Shown one piece after another: positions 38,259 through 47,867 of a stretch of 64,000 nucleotides of DNA. How positions within the stretch are numbered: position 1 is the stretch's first letter; each line of letters starts with the position of its first letter. The DNA is taken from positions 18,834 through 82,833 of the forward strand of contig JBFJPL010000001.1 in NCBI GenBank assembly GCA_041617155.1. Reading direction: 5' to 3'. Position numbers and translations under genes: made by a program. Below the pieces are notes generated by a model that made no database searches, was not told the DNA's origin, and worked only from the letters and a program-made list of their open reading frames with translations. Source of the DNA: Kiloniellales bacterium (GTDB lineage: Bacteria; Pseudomonadota; Alphaproteobacteria; Kiloniellales; JAKSDN01).

Positions 38259-39825
38259 CGGCCGCGCTCAGGACGCGCCGCGCGGCCGCGACGACCGCCT
38301 CAACCGGGCCGGAGGCGTCCAGGCGGTGCCAGGTGATAACGCCGGTATCCCTGGCGGCTTGCCGCTCCACGACATCGGGCGTGGCGTCGGAGGCGTCGCC
38401 ACGGCGCCTTGCCGTGCGCTCGGACAGCGTGACCAGCGGCGCGTCGAGCCAGAGCCCGGTGAAATCGACGCCGATGGCTCTCGCCAGGGCGGACGCCTGC
38501 TGCCGTTCCTTCGGCTGCCCGAAGACCGCATCGGCCACCACCGCATGACCGGCACGAAGCGCGCGTGCCGCGCGGTCGAGCAGTTCCGCGTAGACACGCT
38601 GGTTCACGTCGGGGCGGTAAGCACCGGCCGGCAAGGGCGTCAGTTCGTCGACCCCGAACAAGGCCTTGCGCAGCACATCGCTGCGCAGCTGGAGTGCGCC
38701 CGGGACCGGGCCGACCTCGGGCGCCAAGGCGCGCGCCAGGGTCGACTTGCCGCTGCCCGACAAGCCGCCGACCGCGATCATCCGCGCCGCCGGCGGCGCC
38801 AGATAAGCCTGCGCTTCCGCGAAGTAGGCGCCGGCCTCTTGCTCCAGGCGCCGGGCCGCCGCGGGGTCGCTCTGGCTGCCGGCCATGCTGACGCTCACCT
38901 TGGCGCGCACGGCGGCGCGCAACGACAGAAACAGGGGCAGGGCCGCGAGCCCGTCCGGATCGTCGCGCCGTTGCAGATAGCGGTTCAGCAGCAGATTGGC
39001 CTCGGCTCTGAGGCCCCGGTGGTCCAGGTCCATGAGCAGGAACGCCAGGTCGTAGAAGACGTCGATGCAAGCCAGGGCATCGTTGAATTCGATGGCGTCG
39101 AACAGGGTCGGCTCGCCGTCGATCAGACAGACGTTGCGCAGGTGCAGGTCGCCGTGGCAGCGGCGCACGAAACCGGCCTTGCGCCGGTCGTAGAGCAGCC
39201 CGGCGACCTTGCCGAAGACCTCCTGGGTGGCGCCGGTCAGACGCCCGACCTGGGCCGGGGGAAATAGCTCCGGCCGTTCCGCGAACTCGGCCGCGTTCTC
39301 CTCGAACACCCAACGCAGATCGCCGAACTGCGCCTTGACCGGTTCGGCGCGGGCGTGGAAATCGGCGATCTTGTCGGCCAGTCGCGTCAGGCGCTCGGGC
39401 GTCAGGCCGCCAGCCTGGACCAGGTAGTCGAACAGGCCTTCCTGATCGAAGCGCCGCATGACCACGGCCCACTCGATCACCTCGCCCTCGGCCCCGAAGC
39501 TGAGCTTGCCCTCGGCGGTCCGGCGGATCGCGACGGTGTCGAGGTAGAGCTCGGGCGCGCTGCGCCGGTTGAGCGTGATTTCCCTTTCGCAGGCCCTGCG
39601 GCGCCGGGCCAGCGTCGAGAAATTCATGTAGGGGTAATCGACCGCGCGCTTGACCTTGTAAGCGCGCGAGCCGGCCAGAAAGACCATGGCGCCGTGAGTG
39701 TCGATCCGCTCGACCGCCGCGCCGCCATGGGTTGCCGGCCGCGAAAGGAAGGCTGCCACTTCGCTCTGGTCGGCGACCAGGTGCTTGTCGGTTTGCTGTG
39801 TCGGATCGCCGGCGGTGGCCAACAC
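38248..39825 (-). CDS. Bifunctional aminoglycoside-phosphotransferase-like kinase / P-loop (AAA_33-type) ATP-binding protein
   Basis: APH-like HGDLHLRNV...D motif in the N-terminal part, and GLSGSGKST Walker A in the C-terminal part. Confidence 0.8.
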   Translation of the reverse strand: MLATAGDPTQQTDKHLVADQSEVAAFLSRPATHGGAAVERIDTHGAMVFLAGSRAYKVKRAVDYPYMNFSTLARRRRACEREITLNRRSAPELYLDTVAIRRTAEGKLSFGAEGEVIEWAVVMRRFDQEGLFDYLVQAGGLTPERLTRLADKIADFHARAEPVKAQFGDLRWVFEENAAEFAERPELFPPAQVGRLTGATQEVFGKVAGLLYDRRKAGFVRRCHGDLHLRNVCLIDGEPTLFDAIEFNDALACIDVFYDLAFLLMDLDHRGLRAEANLLLNRYLQRRDDPDGLAALPLFLSLRAAVRAKVSVSMAGSQSDPAAARRLEQEAGAYFAEAQAYLAPPAARMIAVGGLSGSGKSTLARALAPEVGPVPGALQLRSDVLRKALFGVDELTPLPAGAYRPDVNQRVYAELLDRAARALRAGHAVVADAVFGQPKERQQASALARAIGVDFTGLWLDAPLVTLSERTARRRGDASDATPDVVERQAARDTGVITWHRLDASGPVEAVVAAARRVLSAAAKP

Positions 39826-40008
39826 CTTCCGGTCCTCGCTAGTTGCCGCTTCCCGGACTATCGCCCGAGCCGTCGGCGCGCCAAATGACCCAGGTCAAAT
39901 TCTCGCGCGATCGGCCGGCCGCATCCGACATTCCATCGCGCCCGGCGCACGCCGAACCTGCTAATCTAGCGGAACGATCGGCTCGGCAACAGAGTTGGAG
40001 CGATTGCC

Positions 40009-40761
40009 ATGGGGCGACTGGAGGGAAAACGGGCTTTCATAACCGGCGCCGGCGCCGGCATCGGCGCCGCTGCGGCGGAACTCTTCGTCCGAGAAGGCGC
40101 CAAGGTGGCGCTCGCGGACATCGACGTGGCGGGCGGCCAACGTGCCGCCGAGGCGGCCAACGCGGCCGGTGGCGAAGCCCTGTTCCTGGAGACCGACGTG
40201 GCCGATCCGCAAAGCATCGAAGCGTCCATCGGGCAGGCGGCCGCGGCTTTCGGCGGCCTCGACATTCTCTACAACAACGCCGGCGGTGCCTCGGCGCGCG
40301 ACGGCAGCGTGCTCGACATCCCGCTGGCGGAATTCTGGCGCACCATCAACGTCGATCTCTACGGCACCTTCCTCGGCTGCCGTTTCGCCATACCGCATCT
40401 GCGCGCGTCCGGCGGCGGCTCGATCATCAACACCACCTCGATCCGCGCCATGAAGGGCACGCGCGGCGCCGATGCCTACACCTCGGCCAAGGGCGGCGTG
40501 CTGACCCTGACCAAGGCGCTCGCCATGCAGTGCGCGCCCTGGAAGATCCGGGTCAACGCCATAGCGCCCGGCGCCGTGTTGACCGAGCGGACCCGCTCCA
40601 TGGGTATGACTGGCGACGACGACGGCACCAACCCGGCGCGCCCGGTTCGCACCGGCCGGCCGGTGGAGGTTGCCTGGATGGCGGTCTTCCTGGCTTCGCC
40701 GGAAAGTAGCCTGGTGAACGGCGCGGTGATCCCGGTGGACAGCGGCGCCAGCGCATTCTAG
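40009..40761 (+). CDS. Short-chain dehydrogenase/reductase (SDR)
   Basis: TGAGAGIG, NNAG, and the S...YxxxK (YTSAKGG) catalytic pattern. Confidence 0.88.
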   Translation: MGRLEGKRAFITGAGAGIGAAAAELFVREGAKVALADIDVAGGQRAAEAANAAGGEALFLETDVADPQSIEASIGQAAAAFGGLDILYNNAGGASARDGSVLDIPLAEFWRTINVDLYGTFLGCRFAIPHLRASGGGSIINTTSIRAMKGTRGADAYTSAKGGVLTLTKALAMQCAPWKIRVNAIAPGAVLTERTRSMGMTGDDDGTNPARPVRTGRPVEVAWMAVFLASPESSLVNGAVIPVDSGASAF

Positions 40762-40851
40762 CGCCGTGGCGAGCTTTGAACGGTCAAGGGATTTCGAACG
40801 GCGCCCGCGCCCGTCGGGAGCGCGGGGCTCTTGGCGTACCGAGACCCGGCG

Positions 40852-41019
40852 TCAGCTCTTGTGCTGCTGCTGCATCAGCACGGCGAGTACGCCGTCCCAG
40901 GTATTGGCCTGACAAGCGTGGACCGCCTCTTCCCAACCGAGGCAATTGAGCAGGCTGTGAGCCAGCTGTTCCTGGTAGCTACGGGTCTCCAAGGTCTGCG
41001 GCGCGGAATGCTCTGCCAT
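40852..41019 (-). CDS. Small hypothetical protein, 55 aa
   Basis: Manual translation gives MAEHSAPQTLETRSYQEQLAHSLLNCLGWEEAVHACQANTWDGVLAVLMQQQHKS. Strong SD (AAGGGGAGG) 8 nt upstream. It is below the track cut-off. The overlapping plus-strand track ORF 40831-41079 lacks support. Confidence 0.6.
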   Translation of the reverse strand: MAEHSAPQTLETRSYQEQLAHSLLNCLGWEEAVHACQANTWDGVLAVLMQQQHKS

Positions 41020-41179
41020 TTTCCTGACCTCCCCTTACCGTCACTGGCGACTTTCGAAGCCGCAATCGTCGGCCTCTAAGAGGCCTCAATGTGAAAGAAT
41101 TTTACAATAGACCTGTTGCCGACGACTTAAATTTTATATTTAATTTTTCGAGAAAATACGATTTTGTCTGGAATATTCA

Positions 41180-41207
41180 AGTATAATTCCAGTATCAACT
41201 AAGTATA
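41180..41207. repeat. Three AGTAT[AC] direct repeats phased at exactly 11 bp within a very AT-rich tract
   Basis: Repeat starts at 41180, 41191 and 41202 (AGTATAATTCC AGTATCAACTA AGTATA). An adjacent GAATATTC palindrome lies at 41171-41178. Confidence 0.55.
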
Positions 41208-41397
41208 TATGCTTAATTATCTATGTATCGAGCCGCTGCCCGATGAGGCGGGGTCGCCAAAAGCGGCCGCGCCCGGGCCAAGCCGAGCGCCTTGGCGCCG
41301 TTCTTGATTTCGGATTGTTCGTGCTACGGCCCGGCGACCGGGCCCGGGCTTCCGTTGCCGGGCCCGTGTCACCACGCGCGCGTTGTCTTGAGCGACA

Positions 41398-41628
41398 CTA
41401 GCTGGCGGCGCGAACCTGGCGCCGGCGCTTTTGTACCACTTGACGGATCTGGGTCACGTTGGACGGAACCTCGTCCTTCGAATCAACCTGCTTCAACACG
41501 GAAAGCGGCAGGCCGTTCAGCATGCCCCAGGGTAGTTTCAAGTCCACTTTCGGGTCCTGCTCGAAGGTTCGTCCGACCACTTCGCCTGTAACCTCCAAGA
41601 CGACATGTACCTTATCGCCTAAGTCCAT
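41398..41628 (-). CDS. Hypothetical protein, 76 aa, with a basic C-terminus
   Basis: AGGAGGG SD upstream of the ATG. GC-rich hairpins at about 41330-41385 lie just downstream of its stop. No family recognised. Confidence 0.6.
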   Translation of the reverse strand: MDLGDKVHVVLEVTGEVVGRTFEQDPKVDLKLPWGMLNGLPLSVLKQVDSKDEVPSNVTQIRQVVQKRRRQVRAAS

Positions 41629-42168
41629 CTTGCCCTCCTAAGGATTCCGACCGAGCAAAGATTCGTTCTTACCCCAGCGCTGTTCTATAAAAGAGTAATG
41701 AGTTTTAAGAAATTGTCAATTATCTTTGTTTACGAATTAGTAACCTTTTCGCAATTGCGATAGGATTTTGTTAGAAATAGCTATCGGCGCTAATAGATTT
41801 CTATGAGTAATTTAAGATCAAGATTCTCGGGCCCATGAGCTGTCCAAATATTCCGCGTGACGTCACAGAGTGATGTGCTAGCGATGGTGGCGAAACTATT
41901 GCCGCCGCACGCTCGCATATTGCGCCTCCGGCAATCCGCCGGCATGAATTCGGATGTTCGATCCCGGCCCTGAATCTGACTATAAGGTCGGCCGCAAAGG
42001 CTTCCGGGGCGCAACGCGGCGCCCTCCCCGGGCCGCCCGGCAGGTGGAACTTATACTTGGCACAGCTAGTAAAATCTAAAACCGACTCCGCGCCGCCATG
42101 GTTAACACTTTCGAAATTTTGACAAATTAATCTAAATCCGATCTTTAATTCATTTGGCGTGACGAACG

Positions 42169-42507
42169 ATGCAGGCAACCAACGAGACAGCCGCCGAGCG
42201 GCAAATCCCCGACGACGACCGGCGCCGCCAGCAGCGGGCAGCCGTACTCTGGGCGGCAAGCCTTGAATGCGGCGGCCAGGTCGCCGACTGCGTCGTGCTG
42301 AACCTCGGGCTGACGGGAGCCCTGCTGCGCATGGCCGTGCCGTTCGAGCGCAGCTATCCGGTCACCTTGCATTCCTACCATTTCGGCCATCTCGATGGCC
42401 GGGTGATCTGGCAGGAAGGCAACGCCGTCGGCCTGAAGTTCGAGGGCGAGCCGGACCAGGTGGTGGAAACCCTGTCGCGCGCCTTGCCGGAACTGACCGC
42501 GGCCTAA
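42169..42507 (+). CDS. PilZ-domain protein (putative c-di-GMP receptor)
   Basis: RRRQQR (RxxxR) followed by VVLNLGLTGALL, a variant of the D/NxSxxG motif. Size is typical of single-domain PilZ proteins. Confidence 0.72.
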   Translation: MQATNETAAERQIPDDDRRRQQRAAVLWAASLECGGQVADCVVLNLGLTGALLRMAVPFERSYPVTLHSYHFGHLDGRVIWQEGNAVGLKFEGEPDQVVETLSRALPELTAA

Positions 42508-42587
42508 CTTCTCGCCGACCGTCGCAATCGACAGCGGCGCACGGCCATCGCGCCGCCGCGGGAAAACCGCGCGGCGTGTGCCGTCGA

Positions 42588-43283
42588 TCAGGTCTCGCGC
42601 GGCCTCAGATGGGCATGCCAGCGGTGCTCGGCCTGCTTGAAGAGCCACACGATCAGGAAGGTCATGCCGAGATAGAAGAGGCCGGCAACGATAAAGGACT
42701 GGAAGGGCACGAAGTGCCGCGAGTTGACGATCTTCGCGGCGCCGAACAGGTCGACCACGGTAATGACGCCGGCGATGACGCTGCCATGCAGCATGAAGAT
42801 GACCTCGTTGCCGTAGGCGGGCAGGGCGCGGCGAAAGGCGCTGGGCAGGATGATCCGGCGCAGCATCAGGCCCCTGGACATGCCGCAGGCACGGGCCGCC
42901 TCGATCTCGCCGAAGTGGGTCTGCTCGATGGCGCCGCGCAGGATCTCCGCGGTATAGGCGGCGGTATTGAGTGCGAAGGCGATCAAGGCGCACCAATAGG
43001 CCTCCTTCAGGACCAGCCACAGGAAGCTCTCCCGCACCGCCTCGAACTGGCCGGCGCCGGCGTAGATCAGGAAGGCCTGAACCAGAAGCGGTGTGCCGCG
43101 GAAGAAGTAGATGTAGGCCTTCGGCAGGCCGGCGATCAGCGGGTTCCGGGAGGCGGCTAGGACGGCCATGGGAACCGCCAGGCAAAGGCCGAGCGCGAGC
43201 GCCATGACCACGAGCTGTATGGTGACCCACAATCCCTCGAGATAGAGCGGCAGATTATCGATGACGACCGCGAAATCGTCCAT
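42588..43283 (-). CDS. Polar amino-acid/opine ABC transporter permease (HisM-like)
   Basis: EAA-loop region EAARACGMSRGLMLRRIILP and polytopic topology. Confidence 0.88.
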   Translation of the reverse strand: MDDFAVVIDNLPLYLEGLWVTIQLVVMALALGLCLAVPMAVLAASRNPLIAGLPKAYIYFFRGTPLLVQAFLIYAGAGQFEAVRESFLWLVLKEAYWCALIAFALNTAAYTAEILRGAIEQTHFGEIEAARACGMSRGLMLRRIILPSAFRRALPAYGNEVIFMLHGSVIAGVITVVDLFGAAKIVNSRHFVPFQSFIVAGLFYLGMTFLIVWLFKQAEHRWHAHLRPRET

Positions 43284-43286
43284 GGC

Positions 43287-43973
43287 TCAGGCCCTCCGCA
43301 CGCCGACGCTGTAGCGTCGGTTGGCCCAGCGCAGCACGACGTCGGAGACCGCGGTGATGATCAGGAAGAGGAAGGCCACGACCAACAGGAAGGTGAAGGG
43401 TTGGCGCGTCGAGCCGCCGGCCAGCTGGGCGTTGTAGACCATGTCGTGCAGGCCGATCACCGAGACCAGGGCCGTGGTCTTGGCCAACACCAGCCAGTTG
43501 TTGCCGAACCCGGGCAGGGCGTGGCGCACCATCTGCGGCAGCGTAATCCGCAAAAAGCACTGCACCGGGGTCATGCCATAGGCTTGCCCGGCCTCGATCT
43601 CGCCGCGCGGCACGGCCATGATCGCGCCCCGGAAGGTCTCGGTCATATAGGCGCCGAAGATGAAACCGATCGAGAGGAAGCCGGCGGTGAAGGGGTCGAC
43701 GTCGATATAGTCCCAGCCGAAGGTGTCGCCCAGGTTGTTCACCGCCATCTGGCCGCCGAAGAAGATCAGGGTCATGAGCACCAGATCGGGCACGCCGCGG
43801 ATGATGGTGGTGTAGATGCCGGCGACCAGACGGGCGGTCTTCGACTTCGACAGCTTCGCCAGGGCGCCCAGCATGCCCAGGACCATGGCAATCGCCAAGG
43901 ACAGAAGCGCGACCGCGACGGTCAGTTTCATGCCGTCGAGAATCAGCGGAAAATAGCCGTGTAGATCGAACAT
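43287..43973 (-). CDS. Polar amino-acid/opine ABC transporter permease (HisQ-like)
   Basis: EAGQAYGMTPVQCFLRITLPQ and polytopic topology. Confidence 0.88.
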   Translation of the reverse strand: MFDLHGYFPLILDGMKLTVAVALLSLAIAMVLGMLGALAKLSKSKTARLVAGIYTTIIRGVPDLVLMTLIFFGGQMAVNNLGDTFGWDYIDVDPFTAGFLSIGFIFGAYMTETFRGAIMAVPRGEIEAGQAYGMTPVQCFLRITLPQMVRHALPGFGNNWLVLAKTTALVSVIGLHDMVYNAQLAGGSTRQPFTFLLVVAFLFLIITAVSDVVLRWANRRYSVGVRRA

Positions 43974-44001
43974 CCCTACTCCCCCAGTGCCTTCCTACTC
44001 G

Positions 44002-44820
44002 CTAGCATAACCGAGAACCCGGGTCTGTCCACCGCGGTGCCGGCACGCCGAGCTGCGGCGCCTGCCCGGCCGCCCAACCGGTCATATCCTTCGGGGCGAT
44101 CTCACGCTCGCGGTCCGGCGGGCCGGACGTTTTGTAGCGCCCGAAGCCGACCTTGAGGTCGGTGCCGGCGGGCGGCGGGACGAGGTAGAGCTCGTCGCTG
44201 CCGCCCAGGTCGACCACGGCCGGCATCTTCTGCCAGGCGTCCCGCAACCGCCCCGGCGGCGCGAGGTAGACCGCGACCTGGCGATAGCTGGTCACGCGCC
44301 GGGCGTGGTCTGGCACCAGCTCGCCGATCCAGGGCCCGGCGGCAACCACCAGTCGGTCGGCCTCGAGCGCGGTCCCGTCGGCCAGGATCACGCGGGCGCT
44401 TTCCGGGTCGATCGCCGCGACCTTGGTTTCGGGCCGCAGCGAATCGCCCAGCCGGCGCGCCGGGCCGGCAACGATAGGTTCGGCCAAAAGTACGCCGCCG
44501 CGCTTCGTGTGGATGCCGAACCTGAGCTCGTGGCCGGTCAGGACCGGGTGGCGATGCCGGACCTGAGCGGGTGTCAGAATGGAGAAATCGTGGCCGGCGC
44601 GCCGCGGTAGCTCGTAGGCCTCGAAGGCGGCCTCGACCATGGGCCCGTACGCGGGCAGGTCGCCGTAGAACAGCCGGGTCATGCGCTGCTGGTCGAACGA
44701 GGAGCCGAGCGGGTTGGGCCTCGGCCCCTGATCAAGGACCGTCGCCGCGTGCCCGCGGCGCTTGAGCGCCCAGGCGGTCGCCGGGCCGATGATCTCCGCG
44801 CCGACGATGATCGCCTTCAA
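44002..44820 (-). CDS. FAD-dependent oxidoreductase (DAO / opine- or sarcosine-oxidase-like), apparently degenerate or truncated
   Basis: (M)KAIIVGAEIIGPATAWALKRRGHAATVLD carries GAEIIG where GxGxxG is expected. At 272 aa it lacks the C-terminal G-SGHGF region, and only 28 nt remain before the next gene. Confidence 0.6.
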   Translation of the reverse strand: MKAIIVGAEIIGPATAWALKRRGHAATVLDQGPRPNPLGSSFDQQRMTRLFYGDLPAYGPMVEAAFEAYELPRRAGHDFSILTPAQVRHRHPVLTGHELRFGIHTKRGGVLLAEPIVAGPARRLGDSLRPETKVAAIDPESARVILADGTALEADRLVVAAGPWIGELVPDHARRVTSYRQVAVYLAPPGRLRDAWQKMPAVVDLGGSDELYLVPPPAGTDLKVGFGRYKTSGPPDREREIAPKDMTGWAAGQAPQLGVPAPRWTDPGSRLC

Positions 44821-44895
44821 GCGCGTCTCTCCCCGACGGAAACGCCGCCGTCCGATCCCTCGAACGGCGGCGTCATCCCGACACGGCGTTGCGGC

Positions 44896-45690
44896 TCAGT
44901 CCGCGCCGTAGACGTCGAAGGCGAAGTACTTGCCGTTGATCTTCTCGTAGGTGCCGTTGGCACGGATAGCGTCGATCGCGGCGTTCATCTTTTCCACCAG
45001 ATCCTTATCCTGCTTGCGGATAGCGATGCCGGCGCCCTCGCCGAAGTATTTCGGGTCGCTGTAGCCGGGCCCGACGAACTCGAAGTCCTTGCCGGAGTCG
45101 GTTTTCAGGAACCCTTCTTCTATGGCCATAAAATCGGCCAGCAGCAGATCGACGCGGCCCGCCACGGCATCCAGATAGGCCTCGTCCTGGGTGGCATAGC
45201 GCTTGATGTTCACCGTGTCGCCGAATTCGCCGGTGATGAAGTTGTCGTGGATCGTGGCGCGCTGCACCCCGACGGTCTTGCCGCTCAGGCCGGCCTTCGA
45301 GATCTCGATGCCCGAACCCTTCTTGCGCACGAACTTGGCCGGCGTGTTATAGTACTTCTTGGTGAAGGCGACCTTCTTTTTGCGATCCTCGGTGATCGAC
45401 ATCGAGGCGATGATGGCGTCGTACTTGCGTGCCAGCAGCGCCGGGATGATGCCGTCCCAATCCTGCGGCACCAGGGTGCACTCGGCCTTAATTTCGGCGC
45501 ACAGCGCATTGGCAATATCGATGTCGAAGCCTTTCAACTGTCCGTCCGGACCGACCTCGCTGAACGGCGGGTAGGCGCCCTCGACGCCGATACGGATCTT
45601 TTTCCAGTCCTTTGCCTCGGCATGGCTTCCGGCCAAGGCCAGCGCCACAACGAAGATTGACGCAATAAGCTTTCTCACTGGTTCCTCCAT
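44896..45690 (-). CDS. Periplasmic Lys/Arg/Orn/His/opine-binding protein
   Basis: Signal peptide then IRIGVEGAYPPFS...GFDIDIANALC...ASMSITEDRKKKVAFT. A likely alternative GTG start at 45678 follows GGAGGAA. Confidence 0.88.
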   Translation of the reverse strand: MEEPVRKLIASIFVVALALAGSHAEAKDWKKIRIGVEGAYPPFSEVGPDGQLKGFDIDIANALCAEIKAECTLVPQDWDGIIPALLARKYDAIIASMSITEDRKKKVAFTKKYYNTPAKFVRKKGSGIEISKAGLSGKTVGVQRATIHDNFITGEFGDTVNIKRYATQDEAYLDAVAGRVDLLLADFMAIEEGFLKTDSGKDFEFVGPGYSDPKYFGEGAGIAIRKQDKDLVEKMNAAIDAIRANGTYEKINGKYFAFDVYGAD

Positions 45691-45768
45691 GTCTGTCTGC
45701 GGTTGTTGTCTTAACGCGGTTGTTGTTGGCGGGCCGACCGTTCGGTCCGCCGCTTGATATCGAAAGTC

Positions 45769-46566
45769 CTATTTCAGGTTGCCGGCCAGGAACTGACGGA
45801 ATCGTTCGGAGCGCGGGCTGTGAAAAACCTCCTTCGGGGGGCCGCGTTCCTCGATCCGGCCCTCGTGCAGGAAGATGGTTTCGGAGGAAACCTCCTTGGC
45901 AAACCCCATCTCGTGAGTCACCACGACCATGGTGCGGCCTTCTTCCGCCAAACTGCGCATGACCCTCAGCACCTCGCCGACCAGCTCGGGATCGAGTGCC
46001 GAGGTCGGCTCGTCGAACAGCATCACGGTCGGCTCCATGGCCAGCGCGCGGGCGATCGCCACGCGCTGTTGCTGGCCGCCGGACATGTGCGAGGGGTAGT
46101 AGCTGCGGCGCTCGTAGACGCCGACCTTGTGCAGGATCGCCTCGGCCCGCTCCATGGCCTCGGCCTTCGACAGCTTGAGCACGTGGATCGGCGCCTCGAT
46201 GACGTTCTCCAGCGCGGTCATGTGGGACCACAGGTTGAAGCTCTGGAACACCATAGCCAGGCGGGTGCGGATCCGCTGGATCTGCTGGGGGTCCTCGGCG
46301 GCCAGAACCCCGTGGCGGTCGGGCTTGAGGCGGAGCGTCTCGCCGCCCACCGTGATGGTCCCGGCGTTCGGCGTTTCCAACAGATTGACGCAGCGCAGGA
46401 AGGTGCTTTTGCCCGAGCCGCTCGAGCCCAGCATGGCGATCACATCGCCTTCATGGGCGGTGACCGAAACGCCTTTCAGAACCTCCAGGTCGCCGAAGCT
46501 CTTATGGATATCCTCGGCAACCAGGGCCGGCTGAGCGCCGTTGCCGACGGCGCCTGCTTCCGCCAT
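45769..46566 (-). CDS. Polar amino-acid ABC transporter ATP-binding protein (HisP-like)
   Basis: [34 protein letters not shown]. The track start at 46662 is over-extended. Confidence 0.9.
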   Translation of the reverse strand: MAEAGAVGNGAQPALVAEDIHKSFGDLEVLKGVSVTAHEGDVIAMLGSSGSGKSTFLRCVNLLETPNAGTITVGGETLRLKPDRHGVLAAEDPQQIQRIRTRLAMVFQSFNLWSHMTALENVIEAPIHVLKLSKAEAMERAEAILHKVGVYERRSYYPSHMSGGQQQRVAIARALAMEPTVMLFDEPTSALDPELVGEVLRVMRSLAEEGRTMVVVTHEMGFAKEVSSETIFLHEGRIEERGPPKEVFHSPRSERFRQFLAGNLK

Positions 46567-46697
46567 CGTCCTAGATCCCCCTGTCGTCTTTGATCTTGGT
46601 TGGCCAAAGGGTAGACAGCTTTCACCGCCCTTGCAAAGCAAAATCAAGCTGGGCTCGGGCAACTTGCTAGCGTTCGACCGAAAGGCTTGGCGCCGTG

Positions 46698-47867
46698 CTA
46701 GCCGTCCCGTGCCAAGGCCGCGCGCGCGCTCTCTATGGCCTTGCGCTCCGGCGCGTCGGCCGGCAACTTTGCCGCGAGCTCAGTGGCTCGGTCCAGCGCT
46801 TCGGTTGCTTTGTCGCGCTCGCCCAGCACGGTGTAGGCCCGGGTCAGGCGCAGCCAGCCGTCGAGGTCGTCCGGCTCGTTTTCCAGGCGAGTCGCCAGCC
46901 GGTCAACCATGGAGCGGATGAAGGCGGCTCGTTCGTCCGCCGTCATGTCGGCCGCGGCGGCCCGATCCTCGGCGGTCGGGCCGGGTGCCGGGGCGGGCGT
47001 CGGGGCGCCGCCACCTTCGATGCCGAGCGCCGCCTGGGTGCGGGCGATCTGCTGCTCCAACAGGTTGCGCCAGGGCGCGTCGAGCGGCGAGTCGGCCTGC
47101 AGCGATTGCCAGACCCCAAGCGCGTCCTGGAAGCGCTCGTCTTGGGCAAAGGCCAGGCCGCCATAGTAGCGGGCCCGCGGATCGTCGGGGTTGTGCCTTA
47201 GCGCGGTCGCGAAGGCTTGCCGGGCTTCCGGCGTTACCAGGCCGCCGGTCGCCGCGGTCAGCATCTCGCCTAGGCTGGCCCAGGTTTCGGCGTCTTCGCC
47301 GCCCCGGGCGATCGCCTGGCGGAAGGCGGCGGCGGCCTCATCGAACCGGCCCAATTGGCCGTAGGAGCGCGCGAGCAGGCGCCAGCCTTGCGGATCCTCG
47401 GGGTTCGCCGCCAGGCGCCTGGCCAGCCGCTCGACCAGCGTCGCCATGTCGGTCGGGTCGTCGGCGGTGGTGGCCCGCTCAGCCAGAGGTATGCTGGGCA
47501 CGCCCGGCGCGCCAATGAGCAGGTAGAGCGAGAACGCACCGGCCGGCAGGCCGAGCGCCAGGCCGGCTGCGAGCAGTCCGGCTCGCCGGCTGCTCGGCCC
47601 CTTGCCGCGAACCTCCCTGGCCGTTTCCGGTTGCCGCTCGGCGGCGCCCAGCAGGCGGCGCTCGATTTCAGTCCGCGCGGCCGCGGCCTGATCCTCGGTC
47701 AAAACACCCCGATCGAGGTCGCGCTCCACCTCGCCCAACTGATCGCGATAGACGTTCAGGTCGTAGGCTTGGCGCGGCAGGGTTTCGCCGGTCCGCCGCA
47801 ACAGGGGAAGCAGCAGCAGGCCGACCGCGACGGCGGTCAGTAAGCCGGCGAACGCCCAGAAGATCAT
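46698..47867 (-). CDS. ccmI: Cytochrome c biogenesis protein CcmI/CycH (TPR)
   Basis: N-terminal TM segments, TPR-like repeats, and ATGA coupling to ccmH. Confidence 0.85.
   Translation of the reverse strand: MIFWAFAGLLTAVAVGLLLLPLLRRTGETLPRQAYDLNVYRDQLGEVERDLDRGVLTEDQAAAARTEIERRLLGAAERQPETAREVRGKGPSSRRAGLLAAGLALGLPAGAFSLYLLIGAPGVPSIPLAERATTADDPTDMATLVERLARRLAANPEDPQGWRLLARSYGQLGRFDEAAAAFRQAIARGGEDAETWASLGEMLTAATGGLVTPEARQAFATALRHNPDDPRARYYGGLAFAQDERFQDALGVWQSLQADSPLDAPWRNLLEQQIARTQAALGIEGGGAPTPAPAPGPTAEDRAAAADMTADERAAFIRSMVDRLATRLENEPDDLDGWLRLTRAYTVLGERDKATEALDRATELAAKLPADAPERKAIESARAALARDG

Noticed and set aside
40831-41079. 82-aa plus-strand track ORF.
   Set aside because: It has no SD. 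It is fully overlapped by a minus-strand 55-aa ORF with a strong SD, and its sequence is uninformative.
41858-41865. TGACGTCA (CRE-like palindrome) considered as a specific regulatory site.
   Set aside because: It is a single 8-bp palindrome with no second copy or known cognate bacterial regulator that I can name. It is mentioned only as part of the AT-rich islet description.
41952-41965. tRNA-like GGATGTTCGATCCC string that could mark a tRNA gene or an integration att remnant.
   Set aside because: I could not fold a 5-bp T-stem with a 7-nt T-loop around it. There is no acceptable anticodon arm or acceptor stem upstream, and no integrase is nearby.
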